Positions 22,886-34,718 of a stretch of 64,000 nucleotides of DNA are shown in pieces (within the stretch, counting starts at the first letter, position 1; each line of letters opens with the position of its first letter). Both the position numbers and the translations under genes were made by a program. The DNA is from Podarcis cretensis (Eukaryota), in contig OX638151.1 of assembly GCA_951804945.1 (NCBI GenBank), forward strand, positions 47,864,001 to 47,928,000, read 5' to 3'. A model generated the notes under the pieces. It was not told the origin of the DNA. It was given only the letters and a program-made list of their open reading frames with translations, and made no database searches.

Positions 22886-23069
22886 GTATTTTTAAAAAAG
22901 AATACTTGATGCTGGATTTTATAAAGTGTTATGACATGCATTTAATTAAATAAATCTTAACAAAAGACATATCCTAAATTGTAAATACCTTTTCTGAAGT
23001 AACACACTGTGCAAACTAGGAAGGTAGCTGCTTTTTTCTGATTATTTTTTCCTGTTGTGGCTTTAATAG

Positions 23070-23133
23070 TAATGGAACAGAATTTACCAGTGGATTCCAC
23101 ATAAGAGTTGACCTTGCTTCAAAATCTGCATGT
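23070..23133 (+). CDS. RBM34: RBM34 exon 8
   Basis: NGTEFTSGFHIRVDLASKSAC. Confidence 0.92.
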
Positions 23134-23226
23134 GTAAGTAATTCAACTGCTGTAGGAAGAAACTCCCCGCCCCTAGCTGCTTCCTTAGACTGTTGATTCA
23201 ATTCTTCTTGTTCACTTGTTTTACAG

Positions 23227-23269
23227 CACGATAACAAGAGATCTATTTTTGTGGGAAATCTCCCTTATG
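23227..23269 (+). CDS. RBM34: RBM34 exon 9 (RRM2 RNP2)
   Basis: HDNKRSIFVGNLPY; preceded by a 93-nt intron. Confidence 0.92.
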
Positions 23270-23688
23270 GTAAGTGTTAGGTGAAATTTTACACTTCTTT
23301 TCAAATCTCTGTAGAATTCTCTTGCAGAAAAATGACAGTTTCAGAGATCCTTATGAAATACATTCTTTTTGTAGCTTTTGCAGACTATAAAAGATTTAGA
23401 CTGCATCTAGAAAGCTTTTAATATAAATGTATACTCATTTTTAAAAGCTGCTTTCAGATATATCAATAATAATTTGTTTTGCCACAAACAGTAAGATGAT
23501 GCACATGATTTATTGTTACAGCTTAACAGAAATATATATACTGTAACAGGTCACATTAAAGTAGTTGTTGCTGGTAGTAAAAAGTCCTACATTTAAATTT
23601 TAAATGAAAATATTTTGAATTTTTGGCACATACCTAAAATTTATGTTTTAACACCAGCATACTTTTTTAAAAAAATGTTTGCTTACAG

Positions 23689-23807
23689 AAATTGATGATG
23701 AGACAGTAAGAGACCATTTCTCTGAATGTGGAAATGTAATCAGTGTACGAATTGTGAGAGATCGGAGCACAGGCATTGGCAAAGGTTTTGGTTACGTTCT
23801 GTTTGAG
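23689..23807 (+). CDS. RBM34: RBM34 exon 10 (RRM2 RNP1)
   Basis: IDDETVRDHFSECGNVISVRIVRDRSTGIGKGFGYVLFE. Confidence 0.95.
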
Positions 23808-24990
23808 GTACGTCAATAGCTATTCAGTATCTGTGATGACAGAAACTTAACATTGTATTAACACTTAACACTTGCTGTGATTGAAGGGTAGCTGGTTTCA
23901 TATGCTCAGCTGTTAGCAATAATGTAATTAAAACTGTTATGGCAGTTACAATGATGCACCTTCTAAAGAGTTGATAGAAATTACTGCCAACTCCACCGAG
24001 GGTGACATCATAGCTAGACACCTCTACAACTGAATGGTGCAGCGTTGGGGAGCTGTCATCTGTGACAACTGACTGTGCTGACTGGAGATTTTGAGAGTTG
24101 GAGTCCAAAGCCCCACAGGTTCCCAATCCCTGGCGTAGGGAAGGCACCAGTTATCATGCAGTAACTTCTACAGAATTGAAAAGTTCAAAACAAGCAGTCT
24201 CACACAGCATGATTCCTGAGTTTTGCTGAGTATCACCTCTCTGCTCTGAAATATCTATAACTAAATTTGTAGTCAAACAAATAGAATTGTTCTCATAAGA
24301 ACTAAAAGCGCAGTCCTCATCATGTCTTATTCAGAAGCAAGTCCTACTGAATTCAATGGTCTTACTTCCAAGAAAGTGGGGTTAAGATTGCAGACGGAGA
24401 CAACAACGTTCAAATTCTGCTGCTAGCAGATGGTGTCTTTAATCTGTCTTACTTCTAACACCTTCACAGAGTCAGAATTTTTCAACACACTCCCAAGCTG
24501 ATGTGCCGGGCCATCTATATTTAATTTTTCAGTGACATGTTCATGGGGGGGGGGGGAGGATTAAAGGAAGAAAGTTGAAGTAGGAAACCTTGTTTGCAGC
24601 ACAGACCTGCTCACAGTTGGTGTGTTTGTAAGCAGGAAAATTTGCATCCGTTTCATGCTCCAAATAATAGTTTAATCCGAAAGAAGAAAATTGTAGGCAG
24701 TTGGATAGCTTTCCAGTGGCTATGTTGCTTCTGTTTACTGTGCATTTGGGGTAGACCTGTATTTGCCTAGTTTTAAAGTGGATGTGCTGACATGATTTTT
24801 TTTTATAAAAAAAACCCGATCCCCCCCTTTTAATTTAGCTGCTTTAAATATTTTTGTTTTATTGTTTATTGATTATGTTGTAAAGTGGTTTTTTATTTTT
24901 GTGAATTTTTCTGAAAGGAAAATAAATATTAGTTACTAAGATGTAAGATGAACGCCTAATTTTAGATGCTGCCCTTTATTTTCCTCAAAG

Positions 24991-25275
24991 ACTACAGATT
25001 CTGTACACCTTGCACTGAAGCTAAACAACTCTGAACTGAAAGGAAGAAAGCTACGAGTGCAACACTGTGTTCAAAAAGAAAAGGCTCCACAGAAGAGTTT
25101 AGTCAAGAATGTAAAGAGCCCTGTTGGACTGAAGTATTCAAAGTCTTCTTCACTGAAAAATGCAAAAGGATTATCGAGTAACTCTTTTGCTGGTGAGAAA
25201 GCAACCCCAATGACAAAGAGCAAAAAAACCAAGTCAAAACACACAATGAAGAAGAAACCGAGAAAATCCATTTGA
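24991..25275 (+). CDS. RBM34: RBM34 exon 11 (last)
   Basis: TTDSVHLALKLNNSELKGRKLRV...SFAGEKA...KKPRKSI*. Confidence 0.93.
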   Translation, partial: TTDSVHLALKLNNSELKGRKLRVQHCVQKEKAPQKSLVKNVKSPVGLKYSKSSSLKNAKGLSSNSFAGEKATPMTKSKKTKSKHTMKKKPRKSI

Positions 25276-25310
25276 AATAGTTATGCTGCAAGTTTTGAAT
25301 TGGATTTTTA

Positions 25311-25316
25311 AATAAA
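25311..25316 (+). terminator. RBM34: RBM34 polyadenylation signal
   Basis: AATAAA 36 nt after the stop codon. Confidence 0.65.
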
Positions 25317-26082
25317 AATTTTTTCATAGTCATTTGGGAGTTCTGCATATTCTGTCTCCAGAGTTTGAGTTTAGAAATTAAGCTGGATTAATTCATAATA
25401 TTAACAAGAGAAGTCACACTAAGAAAGTTCAACACATAACAATTCTACTAGCCCGTCTCCACTCACTATGTGGTGATTTGGGGTCTAAAAGGGAAAGAGA
25501 CAGTCTACTCCAGTAAAGTTTACTTAAAGAAGATTTGCTAACCCTTATATAGACATTTTTAATTTGCCACCCTGGAGTCCAAGACCACCCCCAGATACAT
25601 GAGAAATCTGAGTACATTGTTTATCTCCTGTCTGGCAAGTTACCTGATTTCATTATCTGGGTTTTGGCCACTCTTTTGTTATTAAAACTACTTAATTCCT
25701 GAATCTAGGTCACAGGCTCACACTTATCTCGAATGTGCCCTTAAGACAGGATTTGTGAGGAAAGAGACAATGGGGAGGTTTCCCACTTTGACCTTGCAGA
25801 GAAATATGAGGTCAATTTGTTCAGGACCTTTTTTGTGTGGGTTTCAGACATGGTTTATATATATAGTTATGAACATTTATATATATATGACCTTATAACA
25901 ACAACAATACAACAGGTACAGTTGCAAGTTTGAAATACAGGAATGAAGTAATATGCATTCTCTTTAAAAGTATTTTCATCAATTGGTTCAAATACGGGAA
26001 ATTTTTTTCCAGAAGCAGGAACATTTAAACTTGGACATGGAGATGCAATTTGATAATGTGGTGATTTTCAGCTTAAAAGTAT

Positions 26083-26548
26083 TGTTATGAGTTTTGGGGG
26101 GTGGAAGTAGGCTAGATGCAGAGACCCTTATAATTCTTGGATCCAGCAAGGGCTAAAAATCTAAGGAAGGATTCAAATTCCTGGAATAGTCAGGCTAGCT
26201 TCCTGGTTTGATAATGGCCCTCTAAATAAGTGGCTCAGCACCAGAGGACAAATAGGTGGGTCCTCTTCCTCCTGCGGGGGTGGGAGGCATCAAATGTTGC
26301 CAAAGGCCACCCAAAAAGGCCTTGAGGACAGCGGATTACCTTGAGCTAGAAGCTGGAAGACTCTCTTGGGGTGTTAATGCTGTGAACCCCTCCATTGTAG
26401 GCTCGTGGTATATATGTGTAAACAGACCATATATCATGAATACACCTTAGTCTCCACCTTAGTCTTTCCAATGGAAACACAAAACCTAGGTAAGCACCTG
26501 GAACCCCTGAAATCTTACACTGCTCGGAGATTGGGGTGGTGTGCAACA
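26083..26548 (+). mobile_element. Solo LTR (466 bp)
   Basis: TGTT...AACA termini; 4-bp TSD GTAT; homologous to 44542-45446 and 50765-51153. Confidence 0.8.
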
Positions 26549-27289
26549 GTATACTGCTGAAGGTTTGGAAACAAACTAAATGTAACAGTAGAAAGGACAA
26601 TCACTAGTAAAAAGAGGTTTGTAAATGATCAAATGCTTGTGGGTCCTCCTCTCTCCTGTGTGTGGGGGAGCATCCTGTTGCAACAGTTAACAAAGATCAG
26701 ACTTACTAGCTGCTTTGCTTCTCAATATTCTCTGGTTGCGCTGTGTTATTTTCTCCTACCTATAGAGAACCTACAAAAGGACTTTATATGGGCTCTTGGG
26801 TACCCTGCAAGGGAAAAGGAGCAGGTTTTTTAAATTTATATCATTATCTTTGCAGCAGGTATCCCAAAAAGGTCCATGTAGCATCCAGTCAGGAGAAATC
26901 TGGCCATGCTAATCATGGATTTTTGTGGGTTGTGTAACAGAACAGACTTTTTTGATAGACTTGGTATATGTACCCAAACTGACTCCCAGGTTGCCACCAG
27001 AGCTGGCTGAGATATGTAAACAATTTATTTGTGATTTTGGTCAGTTCAGTGACAGGTTATAGGGGAAATGAGTGTCGATTAACAAAAGTTAAGAGGCATT
27101 TGTCTAATGTAAGTAAACTTTGATTAGGCCATCTGTTTCTTTGAAGGCGACCTGCTAGACTTCTAATCTAGCACAGGAAACTACTGGGGAATTCTCTGTA
27201 CCAACCATCAAACATATTGCATGGAAACTGCAACAGTGCTGATCCCACAAGATTTGCTAGTACTGTATCCTAGCAGTTTTATGCCTGCA

Positions 27290-28050
27290 ACGTAAGAGCC
27301 CGCGACACCCTTACACAGAGGTTAGCCTGGGACGCGCTTAGAGTAAACGGACTCCCGGGGACGCTAAAACAGACGTGACTCCTTCCACATAGTTTAAGGG
27401 GGCGGGAGGGGGGGGAAAGGAAGAGTCCCGCGCGAACCCACCACGCATGCGCCACGCTCCAGCGGAAAGCGATGTGCGCTTGCGCAGTGCCGCTGGGAAA
27501 CGGCTAGCTTTCCTGCCCATGCGCTCGGCTGGCGGTCGCTGGCTGATGACGCGTTCCGCCCGCCGAAGGTAGCGTGTGTGTATGTGAGCTAGAGGAGCCG
27601 CGGTGGGCGGGGTCTTCCTCTTCTGCTGGCTCCAAGGTGGCTGTGAAGTACGAGGCGGGCTCGGCAGGCAGGATGATGGGGGGAAAGAGCAGCGCCATCG
27701 CCGCGGGCCTCTGCGGGGCTCTCTTCATCGGCTACTGCATCTACTTCGACCGCAAGAGGAGGAGCGACCCCAACTTCAAGAACCGGCTGCGGGAACGTGA
27801 GTCGCTCTCGGCCGCCCGCCCGCCGCCTCGTGCAGCCGCTTCCCCACTCCGCGCGGAGCCGGCCCTGGGTCGCCCCTCCGACCTGGCTCCCTCCCTGCCC
27901 CCCGCTCGATTGCCGGTCGGGCCTGTCAGGGTGGCCCTCCGGGGAAGCCCCGCTGCCTCCGAGGCTGCGGTTCCTTCCGCGGCGCGATGGAGGAGGGTCC
28001 TTGCTCGCCATGAGCGGGCGCGGGGATTTTGCGGGGCCCCGAGGACAAAG
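27290..28050 (+). promoter_or_regulatory. TOMM20: TOMM20 CpG-island promoter
   Basis: NRF1-type motifs ACGCATGCGC 27443-27452, TGCGCTTGCGCA 27475-27486, TGCCCATGCGC 27514-27524; GC box 27605-27612; pyrimidine tract 27613-27624. Confidence 0.82.
27673..27796 (+). CDS. TOMM20: TOMM20 exon 1 (mitochondrial import receptor Tom20; 5 exons, 146 aa)
   Basis: MMGGKSSAIAAGLCGALFIGYCIYFDRKRRSDPNFKNRLRE; C|gtgag. Confidence 0.97.
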
Positions 28051-28782
28051 CAAAACCAGGCCTCCCTCTTCTTCTGTAGGCATGCTTCTGTAGTGGCCTG
28101 TGGCGTGGTCGACCTTCTTCCCCTTGCTCCCTTGCATCGCCAGGCTGGCCTTCATTTCAAAGGTCACAAGCTGCAGGTTGTTTGGATGAGGATCGCTTCA
28201 CACGCTGTTAGGACCCACCTAGTGTGGTTTTTTTTTTTTACTGGATGCACTCAGAAACCTAATGTGTGTGTGCGTGCAGCAAACACATGCTCCCTGCTGC
28301 ATGAATCCTTGGGATTTGGGATGGGTTGTAGCATTCTGCGGTGATGTATATCTTGTTTCCTGCCACGTGTTTTGAGAAGGGTCCCTGGAAGTGCAGAAGC
28401 TTGTTGCATTTTTGATACTTTGTTTTGCACAGGTTTCCAAAAACTTAAGTATCTCAATCAAGCTGTTGAGATTTTTCCTCCTGCGTGGAAAAATGACTAA
28501 AGACCACCTAGGTTATTTTGTCCCATGTTCATCCCTCTCACGCTGTGATTGGGTTTGTCACCTTTCAGGTGTTGCAAAGTGAACATATGCAGCCTTTTCT
28601 ATTCATGTAGACTTCCCATGTGATTTAGAATCCTAGAGAGTTCAAAGTCCCCTATTACATAAGTACCCCCTGAAAGGTGATGAAGCCTCCAACGAGCCCA
28701 GATGGAGGAAGTGGACTCACAGGGAGTGGGAGAACGAATTTTGTAAAGTTAACCTGACTTCTTAGGTACTTACTATACTGTT

Positions 28783-28919
28783 ATGCATTCTCAAACCCTC
28801 CTGGTACTGTTGCTGTTATAACTTCCAGGATAAGAATGGATGCAAGAGAAAAATGTAGAGTTATCCAAAATGCAGAAAGTTCTCTCATACTTCTGCATTA
28901 TTTCACTTCTTCAATAAAA
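28783..28919 (+). ncRNA. SNORA14: H/ACA box snoRNA SNORA14 (ACA14) in TOMM20 intron 1
   Basis: TGCATTCT.AAACCCTC 5' end; H box AGAGAA 28845-28850; 3' pocket TCCAA/ATTTCAC complementary to 18S GUGAAAU-UC-UUGGA; AUA box 28914-28916 lies 14 nt from the pocket; same host intron as human SNORA14B. Confidence 0.88.
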
Positions 28920-29704
28920 AAACTCATATTCTTTAACGTGATCATTCTTCCTTAAAACACATGCTCACAGAAACTGTTTTAAGTGCCATATTGTGAAACA
29001 TGTTCTCAGAATTGAGCTGGTAGCTTCTCTGTGCTGAATTTTTTCAGGGATTCATACAAACAGTGTAAATATTTTGTGCTTTGTCTTCACTTCTTGATAA
29101 CATTTTCTTCCAGTACGGAAGCCGTTAACTTGTCTCTGGGTGATGGGGCAGTTAAGTGATGTTAGGACATGTGATATGTTAACTGTTTCTCTGTAGCTGT
29201 TCAGTATTCCTGCCATTCTGTCGCTATTCTTATAGGGCATGTGACAAATTGAGGCAGAATAGCTCCCCCACCCCAGAAGTGTTCTTCAAGGCAACATTGT
29301 ATTTAATTATGCCGCTAGGTGGTAGGGCTTCTTACAGTTATTAAAATGTTACCTCCACTCCTGGTAGCAGTGGTCCTCCTGCTGTATAGAGCCTGCAGTG
29401 AGCTCAGGGGGAAATAGTTTTATCCTAGGAAGTGTGTTTCCAGGGAGTATAAGATGTAAATTTGCATAAGTTCTTATAAATAATTCTCTATATACAGGCC
29501 TTTGTAGATGGTTGCTTATCCAAATATGGACCCCTAGCTGTATTATGTTTTATTTTTATATATTTCAAAATGTCCAAGTGTTGTTCTTCCCCCCACGTCA
29601 GTTTGGAGTGCAAATAGTATTGTGATTCAAAGATCAATATATCCTTTTTTCAGTAGATTACCAAAATATAGAACCTGAAAATGTGTGGTGTGTTTAATTC
29701 ATAG

Positions 29705-29751
29705 GACGGAAGAAGCAGAAACTCGCCAAAGAAAGAGCAGGACTTTCAAAG
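29705..29751 (+). CDS. TOMM20: TOMM20 exon 2
   Basis: RRKKQKLAKERAGLSK. Confidence 0.96.
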
Positions 29752-30460
29752 GTATTGATACCTTGTTGTCTTGAGTTCAGTTTTAGTTGTGGTACATTAT
29801 ACATGGTGTACAGAATTCATTTCAAATTGGATTTTGGCTTGAAATGATCGTACAGGCAGTGACCATTTTGCACAAGGGTTCGGTTCCTGACCCCCACACG
29901 CATCAACAAAGCACACATAAGCCTCCCCCATTCCACCCCATTTTGGGGCCACTTCCAGGTTGGCAGCGACAAGCATGTGTGTGATTGTGCAATAATTGGA
30001 CACGTAAAATGGTTGCTGTCTGTACTAACAGCTTTTTTGATCTATGTTAGTTAACTTGAATCCAGATAATTTCCTTCACCACTCACCAAAAGTGTATTTC
30101 GTGTTTTCTGGCAGTTGCCCTTGCTCCCCAATTCAGGAGAATTACTGACCCTCAGAAAACTGCTTTTTTGAGGGGGGAGTGTTGAAGGGCTGGGGACAGC
30201 ACTTTCCATAGAACCCCCTTCCTTGGATATATGTCTAAATTAATTATTTCCATGGAAAGAGGTTTCACAGAGTGTGGCTCAGTTCTGTAACAAATGCTGA
30301 TATGGAGGTGATCTCAGTTCAAGCATCTTGCCAATGCTTAAAAACCTAACTTTAAAAAAACCCTACTAGAATGCTCTTAAGTACTGTATTTAAAAGCATA
30401 TGTGAGGAACGGGTTGTTGTGACTTATAAATGGCTGATTGCATAAATGTCATTGTTACAG

Positions 30461-30542
30461 TTGCCTGATCTAAAAGATGCTGAAGCTGTTCAAAAGTTCT
30501 TCCTTGAAGAGATACAGCTGGGCGAGGAACTACTAGCACAAG
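30461..30542 (+). CDS. TOMM20: TOMM20 exon 3
   Basis: LPDLKDAEAVQKFFLEEIQLGEELLAQ. Confidence 0.97.
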
Positions 30543-30799
30543 GTTGTTGAATTTTTTACAAATGTGGGGGAATGGGGGAGTAAAAGATCTTACAGTTCAA
30601 ATAATGTTAAATTTTGAAATGGGACATAATGGGGAACAATAGTTAACTGAGGGCTTCCTGGTTTGTATGCATGTGAAGTGGCTATGTGCAAGGCAGTGAG
30701 ATTTGTTTATATTTCAGCTTAATAAGCCTAGATCTCATAATCCGGATACAGCTATTATTTAACAAGATAGCACATCTTAAATGTCATATAAATCTAATA

Positions 30800-31012
30800 C
30801 AGTGGAACCTCTACTTATGTTCACCTCCGGTTATGCATCCTTCGGGATACATATGTGGCAATCCCAGAAGTATTTTTCTGGGTTTCACTACATGCGCAGA
30901 AGCGGTCTACCACGCCACCCACATTCGCAGAAGTGGTCCCTCTGGTTGTGGAAACCTCAGGATCCAACTGGAGCTCTGGAATGGATCCTGTCCACAACCG
31001 GAGATACCACTG
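30800..31012. mobile_element. pogo/Tigger-like MITE
   Basis: TA-CAGTGG...CCACTG-TA termini. Confidence 0.8.
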
Positions 31013-32145
31013 TACAGATTTAGTACCCTATCCAGACTGGGAATCACCAGTGTACTGGCCAGGTGTGTGGACTACAACTTTTGTAGGCCCCAGCCAGCAC
31101 AGCCAGTGGTCAGGGATGATGAGCATTGGAGTCAGTAACGTCTGGAGCTACATTGCCACATTGGCTACCCTGATCCAGGCTGCCAAAGACCTGTCATATT
31201 TAAAATTGCTTTGTTAAAAGTCAGAAATTTCCTACCATGATTACATCACAACTACCCTATTTTAAAAAGATGACATAATAAATGATAAAATCTACCTGGG
31301 AATTTTCTGGTTGTAGTGTCCATTCCAGTACTCTGTGAAATGGTGTCAAATTGAGCATTTCTGCCTTTCTCAAAGTCTCAAGTCAATCATGTATTTTGTT
31401 ATCAGTCGGCAAATTGAGGTTTACTGTCCTCCATTTACTTGAAAAAATTATTCTAGTCGTAATGAGTACCTTGACCAGAAGTCCTTCTCAGTTCTGGGAT
31501 ACTAAGCCAAATATTGTCTGAAGGAATTATTTCTATTTTATTTTCTATTAAAAATGGCATCTGGGAATAAAGTGTTGGTAAATTGACTTAAATTCCCTTG
31601 GATATACAGTAAGATTTTCTATTAACTGAAGATGAGTGACAAATGAAAGTGCACAGCTAATGATTCTCCATTTTTCTGGTAACAAATCATAAACTGATTG
31701 TTTAATCAGTTTTGCTTTGAGATGAAAAATAAGCCCTCTTCAGCTTTTCAGAGGTTACATGGGGAACTAAAGCATGGAGGGGCTGCTTATGTCAACTCCA
31801 CTCCTAGCAGCCCCATGCCTGCCAGGACCTTTATGGGCTGATGCCAGAATTCTGAAAGGGTGTCTTTCCCAGTGTGTTTAGCTAGAATCCTCCTGAAGGC
31901 AGGGTAGAATCATGGTGGGATTCTGAGTATCTCTAGGCAAAAAGACAAAGAATCCCTCTACTGACCTTGCCATTTAATGTGAGAAGGTTCAGGGTGCAAG
32001 CTGGTGTGCTCTGCTTCACTATACTTTATTTAGTTCAGTTGTTCTAAATAGTCCATTTGTTCCATTGATGCTTCCAAATCTACTTTGAAGGTGAAGTTTA
32101 TGGCATGCAATTTTAAGCTAATTTAACATGCTTCGTATTTTACAG

Positions 32146-32288
32146 GAGAATATGAAAAGGGTGTTGATCACTTGACGAATGCCATTGCTGTGTGTGGACA
32201 ACCGCAGCAGTTACTACAAGTTCTGCAGCAGACGCTTCCGCCACCAGTGTTCCAGATGCTTCTCACTAAACTCCCCACAATTAGTCAG
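32146..32288 (+). CDS. TOMM20: TOMM20 exon 4
   Basis: GEYEKGVDHLTNAIAVCGQPQQLLQVLQQTLPPPVFQMLLTKLPTISQ. Confidence 0.97.
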
Positions 32289-32989
32289 GTATGGAAAGCT
32301 GTTTTTTGCACTCCTTTTCGTACTTTGAAATAGGAGTAGCCGCAATCAACATTGTTTGCCTGCTCCTGTGCATGTTTGTTCCCATTGATTTTTAACAGCA
32401 TTGCTGCTCCTAAGAAAATGTGCTCAGGATTGCAACTTTACAAATAGTTTTTGTTGGTTTTGCTGATATTGAGATAATTGCCTAATTCATCACATTGGTA
32501 GACTTGGCTTCAAAATCAGGGAGGTATTCTGACTGGAATTGAGCAAGTGGTGGCTCTGTTTTGTTTCATTTAGTGCAAATATATCCCATTTTTAACTCTA
32601 GTCCTCAAAGCAGCACAGAAGATACAATGGGCACTTGAAACAAAACAGCTTCACTTGAGCAGGAACTAGCATCCCACAAGGCAATGGTGTTAAAAGGCCC
32701 TGGGGATCAGTCCAGTGGGAACAGAAGCAGGCACCTGGTGGTGTTTTTGCCTTTCTCATTTTATGGCACGATTCTGACTTCTCCAGCAGCTCATGCAACC
32801 AGCGTTTCTGGCAATTGTGCCTACTGCCTGCTTGCTTGCTGTCCTTGAGACCAAGGACTGCTTGTCAGAACAACTGTAGCTCTCAAACCCCGTAATATTC
32901 ATTCCTACTATATGCAGCTACTCTGGGTTATATCCAGAAGTGTGTTTCTGTTAACTCTTTTGATGCCTCTGTGAATGGAAGGAGGGGGG

Positions 32990-33145
32990 AATTTATTTTC
33001 TATCCTGTCTTTCTTCCATTATGAAATCCAAGATGGCACACATGTGGTTCCCAGGCAGTCTCCTATCCAGCCACTGACCAGACCCAGACCTGCTTAGCTT
33101 CAGCAAGTTATTGGCCTCGTTTTGCCTTCAGGCCATCTCCTGGGC
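32990..33145 (-). mobile_element. 5S rRNA-derived SINE-like element
   Basis: Minus strand GAAGCTAAGCAGGTCTGGGTCTGGTCAGTGGCTGGATAGGAGACTGCCTGGGAA (33048-33101) resembles the 5S internal control region and is followed by a LINE-like AT-rich tail. Confidence 0.7.
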
Positions 33146-34673
33146 AGTGTGGAAGGGGGCTGCAGAGGGGGGCGGGGGAATTAGTTACCTCCTGCTTTCC
33201 ATTCACAGAAGCTTTCATTGAATCAGTGAGCCTTCTTTGAGTGGAACAACACAATTTGATGCAACCCTGTTGAAAGGGTTAAAGCAGATTTCCAATGTGC
33301 AAGAGCAATTATTTGCTTCCCTTTAATAAGAAGGGTTTACTGTCTCTGAACAAACTCACATATAACTCAGAATTAAAGGGAAAAGATGATCTAGCAGTTT
33401 TATATATTCCTAGCTCCCAAGATGTCCTCTGATAATGTGTTCTGTGAAAGGCTGCTTTTTAGGATTGTCTGTAATCTTCAGTTGGTTCATGATGCAGCTG
33501 TCCACCCAGCTCCCAAATCCTAAATGACTGGGGTTCAGAGCTTGCCCTTAACTTCATGCCCCATCATATCTGACCATTTGCTATTCTGGTTGGGGCTGAT
33601 GACAGTTTTAGTCCCACTTCCTGGAGGCCACCGTGTTTGTTACCCCTGTTCTGTGGTACAGTCTTGCTTTAATTGTCAGTGCCACCTGATACTAGTGCTG
33701 ACAACGGGTGGTATAAAGGGCAGTGATGGATTCCTCACTATAGAACTTTCCCTATACCATTTTGACAGCCCCATCTGTTCAGGCGGTTAGTTCAAACCAT
33801 ATTGTTCAGGTGAGCATATCTGGAAGTATGAATGGAACAAGATATTCCTGAAAGAGAGGACCTCCAAAAGTGGTTGTGGCACCGTGAGGAGCAGTAAAAA
33901 CCCTTATTTGCGCATGAGTTCCTGTGTTGGAAACCACTGGGTAACATTAGATGCCATGCAAGCAGGCTTCCCCTTTCTTCCCCATGCCCCCAACCTACTC
34001 TGGAGGGTCCCCCAACATTCATTCTTGAGTATATTTTAGGCAGCACTCGGTTGCAGAGGACAGGAAGTGGACTCCCATACCATGGCTGGATGTTGCTTCC
34101 TTCCACTGGCAAATGGACACCTCTGGATTTCACCCACAGCCTGTTGCTCGTCAGACATTTCTGACAGATCTAAAACTTGAATTAAAAACAAACAAAAACA
34201 AATCAAACCTGGGGTTCTTAAGAGCTTGCAGCTCCAATCAGAATTTGGAAAACTGCTAAAGGACTTTTTTCAGTGTTTTCATTCTGCCTTAACATAAGAG
34301 ACCTGCATAACCAAGATTTCTTGGTATTTGTTTCATTTAGTTAATTTCAAGCTAACTAAAGCAAGCGGAGTAAAATATTAACAGCAGCAATAGATGCAAG
34401 TTTAATAACTGGATCCCAGGTGCATCAAGTTTGGTTGATGTTCACTTGGCCAAATATTGCACAATTTCATTTTTATAAATGCTGTATTTTGATTAGGAAG
34501 CTTATTAGATCCTTGCTGCACTTGCTGTTTACCTGCTGTTTTCTTACTAATGTTGATTTTCACAGAAGAGGGAGAATATAAATTTAATTTTGCAGGTTGC
34601 AACTCATTCTGTAATTCACCTGACGAGAGAGAGTCTTATTACTCTAAGATGATTCAAATATTTTCTTTTACAG

Positions 34674-34718
34674 AGAATTGTAAGTGCACAGTGCTTGGCT
34701 GAAGATGATGTGGAATGA
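34674..34718 (+). CDS. TOMM20: TOMM20 exon 5 (last)
   Basis: RIVSAQCLAEDDVE*. Confidence 0.96.
   Translation, partial: RIVSAQCLAEDDVE

Noticed and set aside
27574-28344. 256-aa ORF overlapping TOMM20
   Set aside because: Exon 1 reading through the GT donor into GC-rich intron 1; the upstream extension has no in-frame ATG.
33048-33101. 5S rRNA gene
   Set aside because: Partial, diverged and fused to a retroposon tail.
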